NCBI GenBank assembly: GCA_018662825.1
Contig: JABJFI010000032.1
Coordinates: 50-64,049 of the forward strand
Length of the DNA: 64,000 nucleotides
Origin: Methanobacteriota archaeon
Lineage (GTDB): Archaea > Thermoplasmatota > Poseidoniia > Poseidoniales > Poseidoniaceae
Direction of reading: 5' to 3'
This document shows positions 63,065-64,000 of the stretch, piece by piece. Position 1 is the stretch's first letter, and every line of letters starts with the position of its first letter. Under the pieces are notes generated by a model. It saw nothing but the letters and a program-made list of their open reading frames with translations. It ran no database searches and had not been told where the DNA came from. The translations under genes were made by a program, and so were the position numbers.

Positions 63065-64000
63065 TCAGGCCCCCTTCTTTGAACGGTCAAGTAATGCTTC
63101 TAATTCTTCAGGCGGTTGAGATAACTCTTCCTGACGGATTTTAATTTCAGCACCATCTTTCCAAACAACATTTGTTGTATGACTCCACATTCCAGTATCT
63201 GGCACTGGGAAATCATCACGAGTATGTCCACCACGACTTTCAGTTCGAGTAAGTGCAGCAAGAGTACAGGCTGTAGATATGTCAACCATATTTTCCAAAT
63301 CCAGTGCTTGATGCCATCCTGAATTGTAAAGCATTGAACTGCCTGAACTGGTGTTTTGAATTCTCTTTCTAAATTCTACTAAATCGGTTAATGCAGTTTG
63401 CAAATCCGCATCAGTTCTAATGATGCCCACTTTCGCTTGCATCATATCTCTTAATTCATCATATACACGACCAGGATTTTCACCGTTTTCTCTCTTTAGA
63501 GGTTTTAGATTTGCTTCAATAGCATTCTCTACTTGCTTTGTATCAAGTTCTGGTTGTTTGAGGTCACTGGAACGCTTTGCAGCATGTTCTCCTGCTCTCT
63601 TACCAAATACGATTAGGTCGGAAAGGGAATTACCACCAAGACGATTTGCTCCATGCAAACCACTTGCAACTTCACCAGCAGCGAATAATCCGTTAATTGT
63701 TGATTCTTGTGATTCAGCATCCACTCTTACTCCACCCATTACATAGTGTGCAGTAGGGCCAACTTCCATTGGTTCCTTAGTGATGTCAACTCCTGCAAGT
63801 TCTTTAAATTGATGATGCATACTCGGAAGTTTTGCAATAATTTCTTCAGCACTACGCTGATTTGCAATATCTAAATATGCGCCACCATGTGTTGAACCAC
63901 GCCCTTCAGCAACCTCTTTGTTAATCGCCTTAGCAACAACGTCACGAGTCAGTAACTCAGGAGGGCGCCTAACGCTTGCCTTTTCTCCAGCAACAACTTG
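63065..64000 (-). CDS. sdhA: succinate dehydrogenase/fumarate reductase flavoprotein subunit, C-terminal part (5' end beyond the window)
   Basis: PTAHYVMGGVRVD, GLFAAGEVASGLHGANRLGGNSLSDL and ESRGGHTRDDFP. The frame stays open to position 64000 (the listed ORF 63065..63820 begins at an internal Met). Confidence 0.92.
   Translation of the reverse strand, partial: QVVAGEKASVRRPPELLTRDVVAKAINKEVAEGRGSTHGGAYLDIANQRSAEEIIAKLPSMHHQFKELAGVDITKEPMEVGPTAHYVMGGVRVDAESQESTINGLFAAGEVASGLHGANRLGGNSLSDLIVFGKRAGEHAAKRSSDLKQPELDTKQVENAIEANLKPLKRENGENPGRVYDELRDMMQAKVGIIRTDADLQTALTDLVEFRKRIQNTSSGSSMLYNSGWHQALDLENMVDISTACTLAALTRTESRGGHTRDDFPVPDTGMWSHTTNVVWKDGAEIKIRQEELSQPPEELEALLDRSKKGA

Overview
The window is a gene-dense archaeal (euryarchaeal-type) chromosomal segment. 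I can support about 55 protein genes and one tRNA. I saw no rRNA, CRISPR array, transposase or integrase.

Several hallmarks support the archaeal assignment:
- the conserved L7Ae-S28e-L24e-Ndk-aIF5B block (10.1-13.6 kb)
- deoxyhypusine synthase
- Hjc resolvase
- a DacZ-type diadenylate cyclase
- the chromatin protein MC1
- a presenilin homologue (PSH)
- a PGF-CTERM sorting signal
- lipobox-type secreted proteins

Giant surface proteins and amino-acid catabolism genes suggest a planktonic heterotroph, possibly Marine Group II/Poseidoniales-like. That lineage guess is inference only; it needs a database search.

Housekeeping and metabolic content:
- UvrB, PRPP synthetase, SerRS, FolC, dCMP deaminase and an Lhr helicase
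- SdhAB
- a UbiA/UbiD/geranylgeranyl-reductase/CcmF cofactor cluster
- a methylcrotonyl-CoA-carboxylase-type cluster: CT-beta, crotonase, biotin carboxylase and a separate BCCP

Observations most worth a second look:
1. A presenilin-type intramembrane protease with a ~390-aa ectodomain inserted between TM3 and TM4.
2. A tightly coupled macro-domain/DacZ (c-di-AMP synthase) gene pair.
3. An envelope 'island' at 43.9-61.1 kb. Two giant TM-anchored surface proteins (1,699 and 1,750 aa) with unusual acidic or PEGWT cytoplasmic tails bracket a long signal peptidase I, a site-2 protease, an extended Hjc and a divergent RNase-H-fold protein.
4. A 496-bp AT-rich intergenic region with three exact copies of ATTATACGAC, each followed by a (C)AATTGGAAA-like box.
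5. A ParA/SegA-like ATPase followed by a ribbon-helix-helix protein and a small acidic protein.
6. An FKBP-(His/Asp-rich)-SAP fusion.

Functional calls rest on motifs read by eye from the translations. No searches were run. Start codons are often ambiguous, and alternatives are noted in the evidence fields.
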